Source: Monocercomonoides exilis PA203
Taxonomy: Eukaryota; Protista; Preaxostyla
Assembly (NCBI GenBank): GCA_001643675.2
Contig: LSRY02000017.1
Coordinates: 1,240,001-1,304,000, forward strand
Reading direction: 5' to 3'
Length of the DNA: 64,000 nt
Shown: in pieces, positions 1-11,400 of the stretch
Numbering within the stretch: position 1 is the first letter of the stretch
How the letters are laid out: every line of letters starts with the position of its first letter
Made by a program: the position numbers and the translations under genes
Notes under the pieces: model-generated
Databases searched by the model: none
What the model was told of the DNA's origin: nothing
The model's input: only the letters and a program-made list of their open reading frames with translations

Positions 1-2931
1 AGGTCGAATGACGATGGAGAGAAGACTAATACAGGGAGTGGGAATGGAGGAGGGAATGGGAGTGTTAATAGCAATGTTAGTGGGAATATGAATGGAAGTG
101 GGAGTGGGTGTCTGAATAGCAAACAAACAGACGTGAAGAAAGGGAAAGAAGAAGAAGCATCATCATCATCAACATCATCAGCAGGGGTTGTCTCAAACGC
201 ACTGCAGATGAATGTGAAGAGCAAAACAGGCCCAGTGAGAGAGTACGAGTACTACTACAACATCATTGTGGAGAAGCTAGCGCGGAACATTGTCAGTTTT
301 TCTATGCAAAAATTCTCATCGAATGTGATTGAGAAATGCCTCATATCTTCAACATCGAAGATGCCCCACGTGTTTCTGTCTGAAGACTCATACTCTTCGG
401 AGGCTGTGAATGAGCATCTCAGTTCACAAGGAATCAAAGTGAAGTCTGATGCTTTTCAATCACAGTACAAATCTCAATCTCAATCATTGTCTTCTTCCTT
501 AACTTCATCTTATCCTAATTCTTCTTCAACCACATCTACTTCTTCTTCTTCTCAATCCCAATCCCAATCTCACTCTCAACCTCCCTCCTCGTGTATCAGC
601 CACCGCACCTTCATGATCCATGCCCTGTTGCAGTCAGGGCGGGCGATCCAGCTGGCAGAGGACCAGTTCGGAAACTACGTGATGCAGATGGCATTTTCAG
701 TAGGTTCTCCAGAACAGCAGATGAAGATGGCACAGCTGCTGTACCCGTTTAAAGGGAGAATCGCATCGTCGGCGCATGGGAAGAAGCTCTTTGCGAAGAT
801 GGAGGCGGTTTTCTCGCATATTCAGAGGAGTCTGGGTGGGAAGGGGATGAAAGGGGGTGTGCAAGGGAAGGGAGAGGATAAAACGAGGGGTGTACCGCTG
901 CCGCCGCCTCCGAATGTTTCTGCTTCTTCTTCTTCTTCTTCTTCTGTTGTTGCGCCTGGTTTAACTGAATTAGAGCAATCAAAGAAGACTTCTCTGATGA
1001 AGAATAGCTCATATTCCACTCAGAATGAACGAAAGTCATTGGCAAATGAACAATCTTCTTCTTCTTCTTCTTCATATTCCTCTCCTTTTCTCCTTCTTTC
1101 TGACTCTTCAACGCTTCCACCGCCTCCTCCACGCCCATCCACATGTTCCTCGTCTTCTTCTTTTTCTTCTTATTCTTCTTATTCCTCTAATTCTTCCTAT
1201 TCTTCTTTGCCTTCTGATGAAGCATCTGTTTCATCTGTTTCATCCATTTTATCTGCTTCTGCTTCTTCTTCCTCTTCCTCCTCCTCTTACTCTTCCTCTT
1301 CTTCTGCCTCTATTTCTGCTTTGTCTGCTGATTCACTCAATTTGATTGACTCCCCAACACCAAAAGAGCAACCTTCCCCTCTTTTGCAGCTGCCGCCGCC
1401 TCATCTCTCACTTTCTATGGAGAAGACACAATACAATGATATGCCTTCTATGCATGCTTCTTCTTCTTCTAATTCTTCTTCTTCCAATTCTAATTCTGCA
1501 ATTTCTTCTTCTTTCTCCTCTTCCTTTGACACTTATTCTCCTTCATTTTATTCTTCTTACTCCTCCTTCATAACCTCCTCTTCTCCTCCTTTCCTTTCTT
1601 CTTCTTCTTCTTCCTCTTCCTCTTCCTCTTCCTCTTCCTCCTCTTCCTCAGATCTATCTCATCCTTCTCTTTCTCTCTCTCTCTCTTCCCCCACTCTCTC
1701 CACCCCTTCTGCTCCTCTTCAGCTGCCCCCCACACAGCCACACATTCTGCAGAGCCCTGCCTCTTCTTCATTCCCACTCCACCAGAGCTTCCAGTTAACT
1801 CTATCACCCCCGCAGCATCTTCAGCATCTGCAACCTCCTCCTCATCTGCTTCCTTCTTCCCTTCCTTCTTCCCTTCCTTCTTCCCTTCCTTCTTCCCTTC
1901 CTTCTTCCCTTCCTTCTTCCCTTCCTTCTTCTCAGCCCTCGTCTCGTCCTCAGACACCTTTGGCCCCCAAACACACCATCACTCCTCTTCATACTCCTCT
2001 CCATACTCCTCTTCATACCCCTATCTGTACCCCTATTCATACTCCTCTTCATACTCCCATTCAAACCCCAACTCTTGTTCATACCCAGCCCCCCATTCAC
2101 ACCAACCAAACGATGCTGCCTCACCCTGCCGCCTTCCAATCAGAGCTTCCGCCTTCTTTGGCTTCTGTGTCGAAAGAGAAGCCAAATGCAGATGTGAAGG
2201 CGAAGGCGAAGGAGAAAGAGAAGACAAGCACAAAAGCTTACGCAAACGCTTATATTAAGCCAGAAGCCGATGCTAATGCAAATGCAGTTACAGATGCAAA
2301 TGTAGATGAAGAAGCATCATTTCTGTATGACTCCTACATCCCTTCTTTGTTCAGCAGGACTAGCTCCATTCCTCTTCCGCTGCCTCTTCCGTCTTCTAAG
2401 GCACAGATCCAGTCTCAATATCAGCCTCAGCCTCAACCCCAATCACAACCCCATTCTTTCTCTCCCTCTTTTTCTCATTCATATTCTTATTCTAACCCAA
2501 GGCCCCACACACAACCACATTCCATGCCCTCCCACTCGTTAGCCCACTCTCAGCCCCAGTTTCAGACATACACTGGATTTTCTAGCACAGCCCCTTCTCA
2601 TCCGCCTCCTCGTCCACCACCTCCTCCACAACAACCTCAGCAGCAACCTCAGCAGATTCAGATGCAACAGATGCATCAAAAACAGAAGAAGAGCAGAATT
2701 CCCGCAAATTCGAGTGTTTCTTATTCTTCTCTGCCGTTTGTGCCGCGTGCTGTGCAGGTGGTGAAGACTTCTTATTCGACAAAGGGGAAGAGAGGAGGGA
2801 GAGGACAAGGAGGGCAGATGTATAGTGGTGCTGGTAGTGGTGGTAGTACAGGAAGTATTGGAAGTATTGGAAGTACAGGAAGCACTGGGATATCAGGGAG
2901 TGTGGGAAGTGCGAGTGGGTCAAGTAGGTAG
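1..2931 (+). CDS. Pumilio/PUF RNA-binding protein, 3' part (last PUF repeats plus long Ser/Pro-rich tail); 5'-truncated by window
   Basis: Frame is open from base 1 to TAG at 2929-2931. PUF repeat signatures SMQKFSSNVIEKCL and LAEDQFGNYVMQMAF, then a terminal helix 'HGKKLFAKME'. Confidence 0.85.
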   Translation, partial: RSNDDGEKTNTGSGNGGGNGSVNSNVSGNMNGSGSGCLNSKQTDVKKGKEEEASSSSTSSAGVVSNALQMNVKSKTGPVREYEYYYNIIVEKLARNIVSFSMQKFSSNVIEKCLISSTSKMPHVFLSEDSYSSEAVNEHLSSQGIKVKSDAFQSQYKSQSQSLSSSLTSSYPNSSSTTSTSSSSQSQSQSHSQPPSSCISHRTFMIHALLQSGRAIQLAEDQFGNYVMQMAFSVGSPEQQMKMAQLLYPFKGRIASSAHGKKLFAKMEAVFSHIQRSLGGKGMKGGVQGKGEDKTRGVPLPPPPNVSASSSSSSSVVAPGLTELEQSKKTSLMKNSSYSTQNERKSLANEQSSSSSSSYSSPFLLLSDSSTLPPPPPRPSTCSSSSSFSSYSSYSSNSSYSSLPSDEASVSSVSSILSASASSSSSSSSYSSSSSASISALSADSLNLIDSPTPKEQPSPLLQLPPPHLSLSMEKTQYNDMPSMHASSSSNSSSSNSNSAISSSFSSSFDTYSPSFYSSYSSFITSSSPPFLSSSSSSSSSSSSSSSSSSDLSHPSLSLSLSSPTLSTPSAPLQLPPTQPHILQSPASSSFPLHQSFQLTLSPPQHLQHLQPPPHLLPSSLPSSLPSSLPSSLPSSLPSSLPSSQPSSRPQTPLAPKHTITPLHTPLHTPLHTPICTPIHTPLHTPIQTPTLVHTQPPIHTNQTMLPHPAAFQSELPPSLASVSKEKPNADVKAKAKEKEKTSTKAYANAYIKPEADANANAVTDANVDEEASFLYDSYIPSLFSRTSSIPLPLPLPSSKAQIQSQYQPQPQPQSQPHSFSPSFSHSYSYSNPRPHTQPHSMPSHSLAHSQPQFQTYTGFSSTAPSHPPPRPPPPPQQPQQQPQQIQMQQMHQKQKKSRIPANSSVSYSSLPFVPRAVQVVKTSYSTKGKRGGRGQGGQMYSGAGSGGSTGSIGSIGSTGSTGISGSVGSASGSSR
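1849..1932 (+). repeat. 12-bp coding tandem repeat (CTTCCTTCTTCC)x7 encoding (LPSS)7
   Basis: Directly visible perfect repeat; last copy ends in T. Confidence 0.9.
1981..2070 (+). repeat. Degenerate 12-bp coding repeat encoding a TP(L/I)(H/C/Q) array
   Basis: ITPLHTPLHTPLHTPICTPIHTPLHTPIQTP in the PUF tail. Confidence 0.85.
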
Positions 2932-5900
2932 AAGAGGAAGGAGAAAGAGAAAGAGAAAGAATGGAAGGAAGAATGGAAGGAGAATGAGAAGAAGGAAGAG
3001 AAGGAAGAGGAAAAGGAAAAGGAATAGGGAAATGAGTTAATGATATGATATTAAATGATATGGTATTTATATGGAGTGTTACAAATAGCGTTTGCTTTGC
3101 TTGTCTTTTTGAGGCAGCGATAAAGATAACGATGATAATGTTTAGAAATTATTTATTAAAAAAAGAAAGAAAAGAAATATAAATTGGAAAGAGAGGAAGT
3201 TTTAGGTGGTTAAGCTTATCATCGATATCTTTTCTTGATTTTGTTAAAAATTCTGTTCTGTTCTCTTCTTAATTTATGATTCATATTCGCCTTTTTGTTT
3301 TTTCTCTTCACATAAGCTTTTCAAAAAAAATTACATGTTTTGATCATTTCTTATGAAATATTCGAATGCTATCAAAATTTGTTTTCTTTATTTTTTTATT
3401 CAGTTCAGTCTTTTTTTATTTGTCTTTGTTGTTATTTATTTGTTTTTGTTTTGTTCTCTTCATCTTTTTAATTTTTTCAGTTAGATTTCTGTAATTCATA
3501 AATGTCATCAAATGTGCTTCAATGTATTTATTATGATTTTAAATTTTTTATTAAATTTAATTTCATTTTTCATTTTTATTTAATTTTTGTTGCCCTTCGT
3601 CATTTCTTAATGCGTGTTTTCAGAATGTTGCTTCAAAGCAAGTCGATAATATCTCTTTCTGTTCCTTTCGTAATCAAAACTCTTCTCTATTTTTTGTCTT
3701 TTTCTTGGCAGATCTGTTTTAATACCTCCATTTGGCTTTGGAATATAGCCTTTTTTTACAAGTTATTATAAAAATATTCTGATTTTCTAGTTTTTTTACT
3801 TTGCTATGTTTTGTTTTTGTTTGCTTTTTCTTTTTTTGTTTTTTATTTTATTTTATTTTTTTATTTTCTGTTTAATTTTTCTTTTTATTCAAATTCTAAA
3901 AAATAAAAAATATTTCTTGTCGCTCTATTTTTCGTTTATTTTTTTGTTTTGTTTTGTTTTATTTTATTTTATTTTATAACTCTTATTCCGTCATATGACT
4001 TATAAATTTTCGCAGTCTTCTTTGGTGTTTTCTAACAATTGGCATTGTAAGATGTATTATATTTGAATGGCTAATCTAATTCTTTTCTTTGCTTTTCTTT
4101 TCTTTTCTTTTTTCATTTAAAGTGAAGTTAACATCATAAATGCATTTTGTGAAGAAGAAGAAGAAGAAGAAGAAGGTTGCATTGAGGCTTTGGTTATATA
4201 AGTATTCATATTCGTTATTGTTATTGTTATTGTTATTATTGCAATTTCTATTGCTATTGCTATTGCTCATTCTATTACTGATGTTATTGTTTGTTGTTTG
4301 TTTTGTTGTTTGTTGTTGTGATTATGTCGGAAGCAGTCGCAAAAGAGTTGGGCAAAGCAATGTGTTGATGATATTCTCTGTGTCTGTGTCTGAGTGTGTT
4401 TTATTTGATTTTGGTTTTTATTCTGGTTCTGGTTCTGATATTTGATATTTGAATTTGAATGCAGTTGTACTTTCAAAAAAAGAGAAAAGAAAAGAAAGAA
4501 AGAAAGAAAATTTTCAAATTGAAATAAGCATTTCTTTGTTTTTTTTATTCGCATTTTTGTATTTTTAGCTGTTCAATAAGCTCGTCACATATTTCATCTG
4601 TTATTTCAACACATTCTTGTTCATCTATTGTTACTCAGTGTATCACAGATAGGCTCAATTGGATTGTTTCTATTATTTCATCTTCTTTTATTTTCTCATT
4701 GGTTTCTTTCATATGCCGTATTTCCATTATGTCTGTACAATTATTCTCTTACTCCTCCCTCTTCTTCTTCCTCCTCCTTCTCCTCCTTCTCCTTTTCTTT
4801 CGATTGTATTATAAAATTTGTTATCTTTTTCCCTTCAATTTCTTTGTATGAAATGCTAAATTCTCACAAAAACTACAAAGATGTATTTAAAAAAGAAAGA
4901 AAGAAAAGAAAAGAAAAGAAATAAAATAAACATCAAATGCTATTTCAGTACACTTTTGTTGAGCTCAATTTATGATTAAACTTTTAGACTCTTTCCTGAG
5001 CATTTTCATGTTTTGTCAATATTCATTTTATTTTTCCATTTTTTTGCTTGATTTTTGTTTGTTCTTTATTTTTTTCATTTTTATTTTCAATTTTTTATTT
5101 AAATTTTATTTGCTTTGTAGATTCTTTATTTCTAGCAAACATAAAATATAGCATCTTTTTTTTTTTTTCTAATGTTTTTTTCCACTTTGTTTTACAACGC
5201 ATAGGCATTTGTTTATTCAGCAAAAGGATGAATAAAATAGTTGTTGTTTCGACTTGTTTCTCGTTGTCATTGAATTGTATCTGATGTAAGCATGCGTATT
5301 ATATTTTCGCTTTTCCTTCCTTCCTTCCTTCATTTCTTTCTTTCTTTCTTTCTTTCTTCTGTTTTGCTTTTCTTCTTTTTCTTTTTCCTCCTTTTTTTTT
5401 TACTGTTCATAAGATATTCACGTTTATATATTTTTTTGTTGAAGTCTTATTGCTCATTGCTTGCCGTGTCATCTCTTCTTGTGGCTTTGTGTGCTAGTTT
5501 TGGAGTATTACGATAGAATTATATTTTCATTGGGTTTTGTTCATTTATGCATCTTTGTCGTTTTTTGTCTTCAGTTATCTGCCTTTTTTTTTTTTTTTTA
5601 AATTCTTGCTTAAAATAAGAAATTCTTTGGAGGAGTTTATGAGTTAGAAACATCTGTTTTCAAATAAGCAACATTATTACAATGCAACCTTCTTTTCATT
5701 GTTATAAATTTCTTTAGACGAGAACAATATCCATTTGTTGCCCAAAAACCTTATTTCAAAGTCTTTAGAAAGATATATTTTGTTTTAATTTAATTTGGTT
5801 CAATTTGATTTATTTATTGATTTTATTTTTTATTCTTTTAACTATTACTATTATTATTATTAATCAGACTTGTTGGTTGGAACATAGAAATTTTATTAAG

Positions 5901-6119
5901 AATTGACCCCAAACAATTGAGTTTTTTTTATGTTGAAATTTTCTCAGCGTTTGTTTTTTTAAAAAATTAAATAATTTTACCATTTAAAATACCACAAAAT
6001 ATGATGAAAATAACTTTGCCAATTTGTCTATATCTAAAATGATAAAAGTTATTTCCAAATTGATTTTTGATCATTTATGTGCAAGTGAAGGTTACAGATC
6101 AAGAGATCAATTATTAAAT

Positions 6120-7542
6120 ATGACGTTTCAACCACAGATGGGAGATTTTCCTGTAGATTTTAACTTGGATGATGGTTTGATTTTCATATTATAAATTAAA
6201 GAAATTTGATATTTTTCTTTTTGGACCGCCGCTTTAACAATTTTTAGTTCCAAAGCAAACAGAAACATTTGATGTTTTTGTGAAAGGATTAAATGATGAA
6301 GTATCAATCACAGACTGGAAAAAGTATTTTGGACAATTTGGAGAAGTTAGCTACATTCAAATCACAAAGAACGATCAAGGAGTTTGCAAAGGATTTGGAT
6401 TCGTTCGAATGTTCAGAGAAGAAGAAGCATTAAGATTGGTTGAACAAGTTAATGGTAAAGCTCCTTTTGGAAGACAGCTTGTTGCTTCGATGAGTACAAA
6501 ATATAAACAGTCAAGAGGCCTTCCGCTTGACAATCCAGCTCAAACACCGAAACAAACTACCACACACACAAACGATGGCTTTACGCTATTCATTCACAAT
6601 TTGCCAAAAGAATTCACTAATGGCGAGCTTCGTGAAATTTTTCAGCAATATGGATATATTACAAAGGCAAATATTCCGACAAACAAAGAAACAGGTGAAC
6701 CTTTGAATTACGGCTTTGTAACGTTTCAAGACTATGATAGTGCGCGCGCAGCAGTTGCAGGGATGGATAAAAAGAGAATTCGTGATCGAGAACTTAAGGT
6801 ATCATTTAGAACAGCTCCTAAAGGTCGTAGTGGTGCTATGAAATCTACTCCAGTTTATAGCATGGGACAACAGTATGATCCTCTTCGCTATAATCCAAAT
6901 CCAGCTCATCAAGCACCTTTTACTCATCAACCTCTTGGATATGGTGTAGAAAGAGCTCAGTGGCAATATTCTGATCATCCTCCAATGTATCCTCCACGTG
7001 GGTCTACTCAACCTGTTTCCGCACCTACAGATGCTAGCTATGGATCTTCGTATGCATATCCTCCTCCAGGAGGTTATCCACCTTCCACTGCTTACCCTCC
7101 ACCGTCCTATCCTCCTGCAACAGCTCCTACTGGCTATCTTCCTCAATATAGTGATCCACAGGCACAACCTCAACCTGCTCCCCAGCAAACTGGTGCTCCT
7201 GGAATTCCATCACAGCCAGGACCTTATTCACAATCATCAGGAGCACCTCCTTCAGCATATCCGCCTCCTGCTACAACGACAAGTTATCCACCGCAATATC
7301 CTGAGTCACAACCATCAATGCCTGTGACGACACCTTCATATCCTCAGTCAGCGCAGTCAACCTCAGCTCTTCTTCCGTCCCCAGCCACTTCATCAGCTTA
7401 TCCTCCACCTCCTTCTGCTTCATCTGCAACTTCTTCATACACTCAACCACAAGCAACAAATATGTATCCACAAACATCTGGAGCTCCTTCAACTTCTCAA
7501 GCTTATCCCCCACAACATGCGCGGGGAGAGTATTTATATTGA
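6120..7542 (+). CDS. RNA-binding protein with two RRM domains and a Pro/Tyr/Ser/Gln-rich low-complexity C-terminus; exons 6120-6174, 6248-7542
   Basis: Splicing a GTTTGA..TTTAG intron (6175-6247) restores RNP2 'VFVKGL'. RNP1 motifs KGFGFVRM and NYGFVTF; second RNP2 LFIHNL. Confidence 0.9.
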
Positions 7543-8243
7543 TTGATTTAATGAGAAACACTTTGATTTTCAAGCGTTTTTTATTGTTTTTTAAAGCTAC
7601 TTTTTAATAATTTTTTTAAAAAAAAAAACTTTTTTTCTAACTTTTTTTGAATGTTTTCAAGTCTTATTAAAGTCTTTTATCAAACATTATTCGATTATAT
7701 AAATGTACTAATTTATTCTATTTTGTATATTTGTTTGAACACGTTACTCATCTTTTCAAGATTTAGCCGAAGGATATTTGTTTTTATGAGTAACTTAAAA
7801 TTTTGTGGCTTTTTGAAAATTAATGATTCGGTTGAACATTTTCAAAGTATTTCACGAAGTATTCAGTTTTAATTTTTATCGTTTGGTAGTTTTAAAGTAA
7901 ACTATAGATAAAATTTCTGTTTTAGCATTATTGTTCGAAGAATGTTAAGTTCATTGGATTGTTGAAAGAAAAATTTGTATTTTAACTTTGGTATGTATTG
8001 GAGTGGAATGCTTACAAGATGAAGTGACATTTGTGAACTTTGGAAGAATAATTCTATTTGTTTTCAAATTTCTTCTCTTCGGAATTTATTAGCTTTTAAT
8101 TAAAAATTAGATTTTTGGATATGTTAGTTATCATTTGATAATTACATTTTAAGTTTTAAATATGGATTTGCGTACTTATGCATGAAGTAGGTCCAGGAGC
8201 AACATTCGGATATGTTTCAATTGCAACACTTTTTAAAAAATAT

Positions 8244-8247
<4 letters not shown>

Positions 8248-8280
<33 letters not shown>
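8248..8280. repeat. poly-T tract (~33 nt)
   Basis: Visible homopolymer. Confidence 0.9.
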
Positions 8281-8281
<1 letters not shown>

Positions 8282-8429
8282 TTAAAATTAAGTAAGAATA
8301 AAAATCTTCCAATTTCTAAAAAATAATAAAAAAGACAATTGATTTTTGAAAAGATTGATATGAAAATAAAAACAAAAGTATTGCACATATGATTTGACGT
8401 GTTTATAAAAAAACAAAAAAGGAATCAGA

Positions 8430-11400
8430 CTAAGTTGCAGATCCCTTTCTTTTTTTCTTTTTTGCTAGTGCTGTTGCTTCTTTTTCTTTTCTTTTTCTTT
8501 CTTCCTCTCTTTCTTGTTCCTCCTTTTCTCTTTGTTTTTGCTCTTCTTCTCTTTGTATTATCGCCAGTGCAAATTCCTCTGCAAAATCTTTCGGAATCTT
8601 TGGCTTCTGTTGGGCAGGAAGCTCAATTGGCCACAGAGATGAATCCTTTTGCCATAACGAAGCAAACTCTGCTATTTGGTTCATGTCCACACTGCTTCCT
8701 GCTTCACCATCGCTGCCACTTTCAGCCGTTTTCCTTTCTCCTTCCATCTCGCTCCAGACCTTTTTAACCCATTCCAAAGTCCTCAGAGATCGTCGAAGCT
8801 GATGCAGGCGATGGACAAACGTCTGTGCCTTCTGTGAAATAAACCGCTTCGCCAGCGCTGTCGGATCAACCGTCTGCGTCGTCTCAACAATCCTTCTCAG
8901 CGTCTCTTCTGCTGGATCCAACACAACATGAGGCGAACTTCCGAAAGTTTCCAGTGCTCCAATTTGAGTCATTGAGGGTCCGTTGCCAACTCCGCCTTCT
9001 TTTGCAGTACTTTTCGCTGTGCTGCCGAAGCGTCCATCAGGCTTATTGAAAGTACGAGAAGTGAGTGGCTGCAAAGAAGCCCCATTCCCTGCAATCTCTG
9101 CATCATCCCACCAAGGTGCTCCCAGCAACCTCCGAGCTTCCAGCTCTGTTGCATTCAGTCCGCTCTTCATTTTATTCCATGCGCTTCCAAGTGGGCCTCC
9201 TTTTCGGATGCTCATAAGCCTCTCCATATTATCTCCTTCTTCTCCTCCGCCTTCTTCTTCAACTTGCTCATCTTCTGTTCCTGTCAGACTCTTCGATGAC
9301 TCCACAACAGCAACAATCGGGCGATGAGGTATCAGCTTCTTTGGTGGAACTCGTGGAGGCATAACAAACTGCATCTTCTCCATCAGAGGTGCCACTCCGC
9401 CATCTGATGCAAATCGCCTGATTGTGCTTGTAATCAAAAATGGTATTTTATTATTAGGACTCTCGTTTTCAGTCTCATCTTCTTTTTGCTTGTCTCCTTC
9501 GATATCCAGAAGTGACTCGCAAGATGAAGTATGATTTGGAAGTTGAAATCCTTCAGTGCCTTCGGGATGCAAAGGAGAAGGTGGTCGCTCCTCTTCTCCT
9601 TTTTCACCCAAATCTCCGTCTCCATTCAAGTCTGACTGACCGATCTGTGGTTGCTGTGCTTTCGGAGCAGAAAGAGATGCAACTTTTGTGTTTTTGCTGT
9701 TGTCTTCCTTTTCTGACTGCTGCAGAAACTCCGCAAGTGTCGCTTCATCCCACTCGTCCATTGCACATGAATGGAGCTTCTGCCAACCAGCGGTCGTTGC
9801 CTCGCACCACTTGACCCACGCAGAGAACAGCATCGAAAAGAATGTCAAGACAGGAAGCGCTTTTTCCACAAGAATGCCTCCTTCTGCTGGAAGTGCAGGT
9901 GCAGAAATCTGAGGAGGAGTCTTTGGAGTGGCTGCTGTACCAGTTGCAGAAGAAGGTTGTGCAGCAACCGCTTTCTTCAGTTCAGCATCAACTGCAGCTG
10001 CACCAGAGCTGGCTGATGAAGCTGAACCGGACGATGCTGCACCGTCTTTCTCTTTGTCAGAAGCATTCTCTCCTTCTGTGCTGTTGAGTGAATTTGTTGA
10101 CTTTAACAGTGTTTTGTCGGCTGGTGACACGAGTTTTTCAGCCTGGCGCTGAGAATTCCATGCTGAACGCAAGCCATCAGAGGCATCAGCTGGCAGTTCA
10201 GGCAGTAATAAGAACTTCACACTAAACACAGGAGGAGAAGGAGGTGGCATTTGCCCCAGTTGCTTCTGTGTGACTGTGGGAATGTCGAAAATCTGCGTCC
10301 AGTCAAAAAGTGTCTCTAGCGGATTGCGCTGGCTGAGCAACACAGACAAGACAGTGTTGCCAGAAGACTGCTGCGAGCCAGAAGGTGTTGAAGGTGCAGA
10401 CGTGTGGAAAGAGATGGGCGACTGGAATGGCGGGAGAGGCGTTCGGGAGCCGCTAACAGAGCCTGAGGAAGAAGGAGTGCTGGGTCCATTTGCCATCGAT
10501 TGAACTGTCCCTTGTGAGGCGAGATCGCTGCTCTGTGCTGAAGACACAGCTGCCAGCGATGACGAGCTCATGTTGGTGAGACGTCCGTGTGACTGCTGGC
10601 GCTGAATGACTGGATTCAACAGCATCTGCAGCGAGTTGAGCACAACTTGCATTGCTGCTGCTTTTCTCTGTGAGTCAATGTTCAGTCCACCGTTAGCACC
10701 TGACAATGATGATGATGCAGATGCAGAGGCAGGAGAACTGGCAGAATGATCGTTTTTGAATCCCTTGAATGGGAAGAACTCTGCGTAAGCTCCTTGCACA
10801 GATGCAAACTGGCAGTGGATTTGGCCACAGTGTGGGCATCTGAAAGGAACAGGCACAGAGGCAGACGAAGGAGCCGAGCCTGGCTGTGCTGCATTGGGAT
10901 CACAGGGCTGCTCAGCATCAGGAGGAATGAGTGCCTTTATGTTGGCGATGCATTCCCTCAAAAACTCTTCTGCAGATTGAAGAGGAGCTGCTGGGGACTG
11001 CAAGAAAGAGCACAGATGGCTTGGGAAAGGAGGCAGAGCAGAGAGACGAGAATGAAGGAATGCAATAGCATCATCAACATACTGCGCAAGACGGCGCAGC
11101 GGGCGAGAGGCGATGGGGTGGAGATCTCGAGAATTTGGCTGAGTGTGCTGGAGATAAGACGGAGAAGTGAGCGAAGGGAAAGTCGGTGACTGGATTGGAG
11201 AAGTGGCTGGAGTGACTCTATCAGATGCTGTTAAATCTTGTGCTCCTCCGTTTCTGGCATCACCCTGGTTGCTCTTGTTTGCTGGTGTTCTGAGGGAAGC
11301 GGTCAGCTCTGATGTTGCCCCGTCGTCCAGGCGCAGAATTGGCGAAGGTGCCTCTTTGCCACGGGCTGTGCCGAACAAAGGAGACATCGACCCATTCATC

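Noticed and set aside
2932-5600. Possible PUF autoregulatory sites, and several 60-100 aa hydrophobic ORFs, in the long AT-rich region
   Set aside because: No canonical TGTANATA found by eye; the ORFs are microsatellite/T-rich artefacts.
6001-6070. ATGATGA plus a 10-bp hairpin resembling a box C/D snoRNA
   Set aside because: No CTGA box D or recognisable guide; expected by chance in AT-rich DNA.
8160-8245. Short coding-like stretch (HEVGPGATFGYV)
   Set aside because: Too short, with no supportable start or exon structure.
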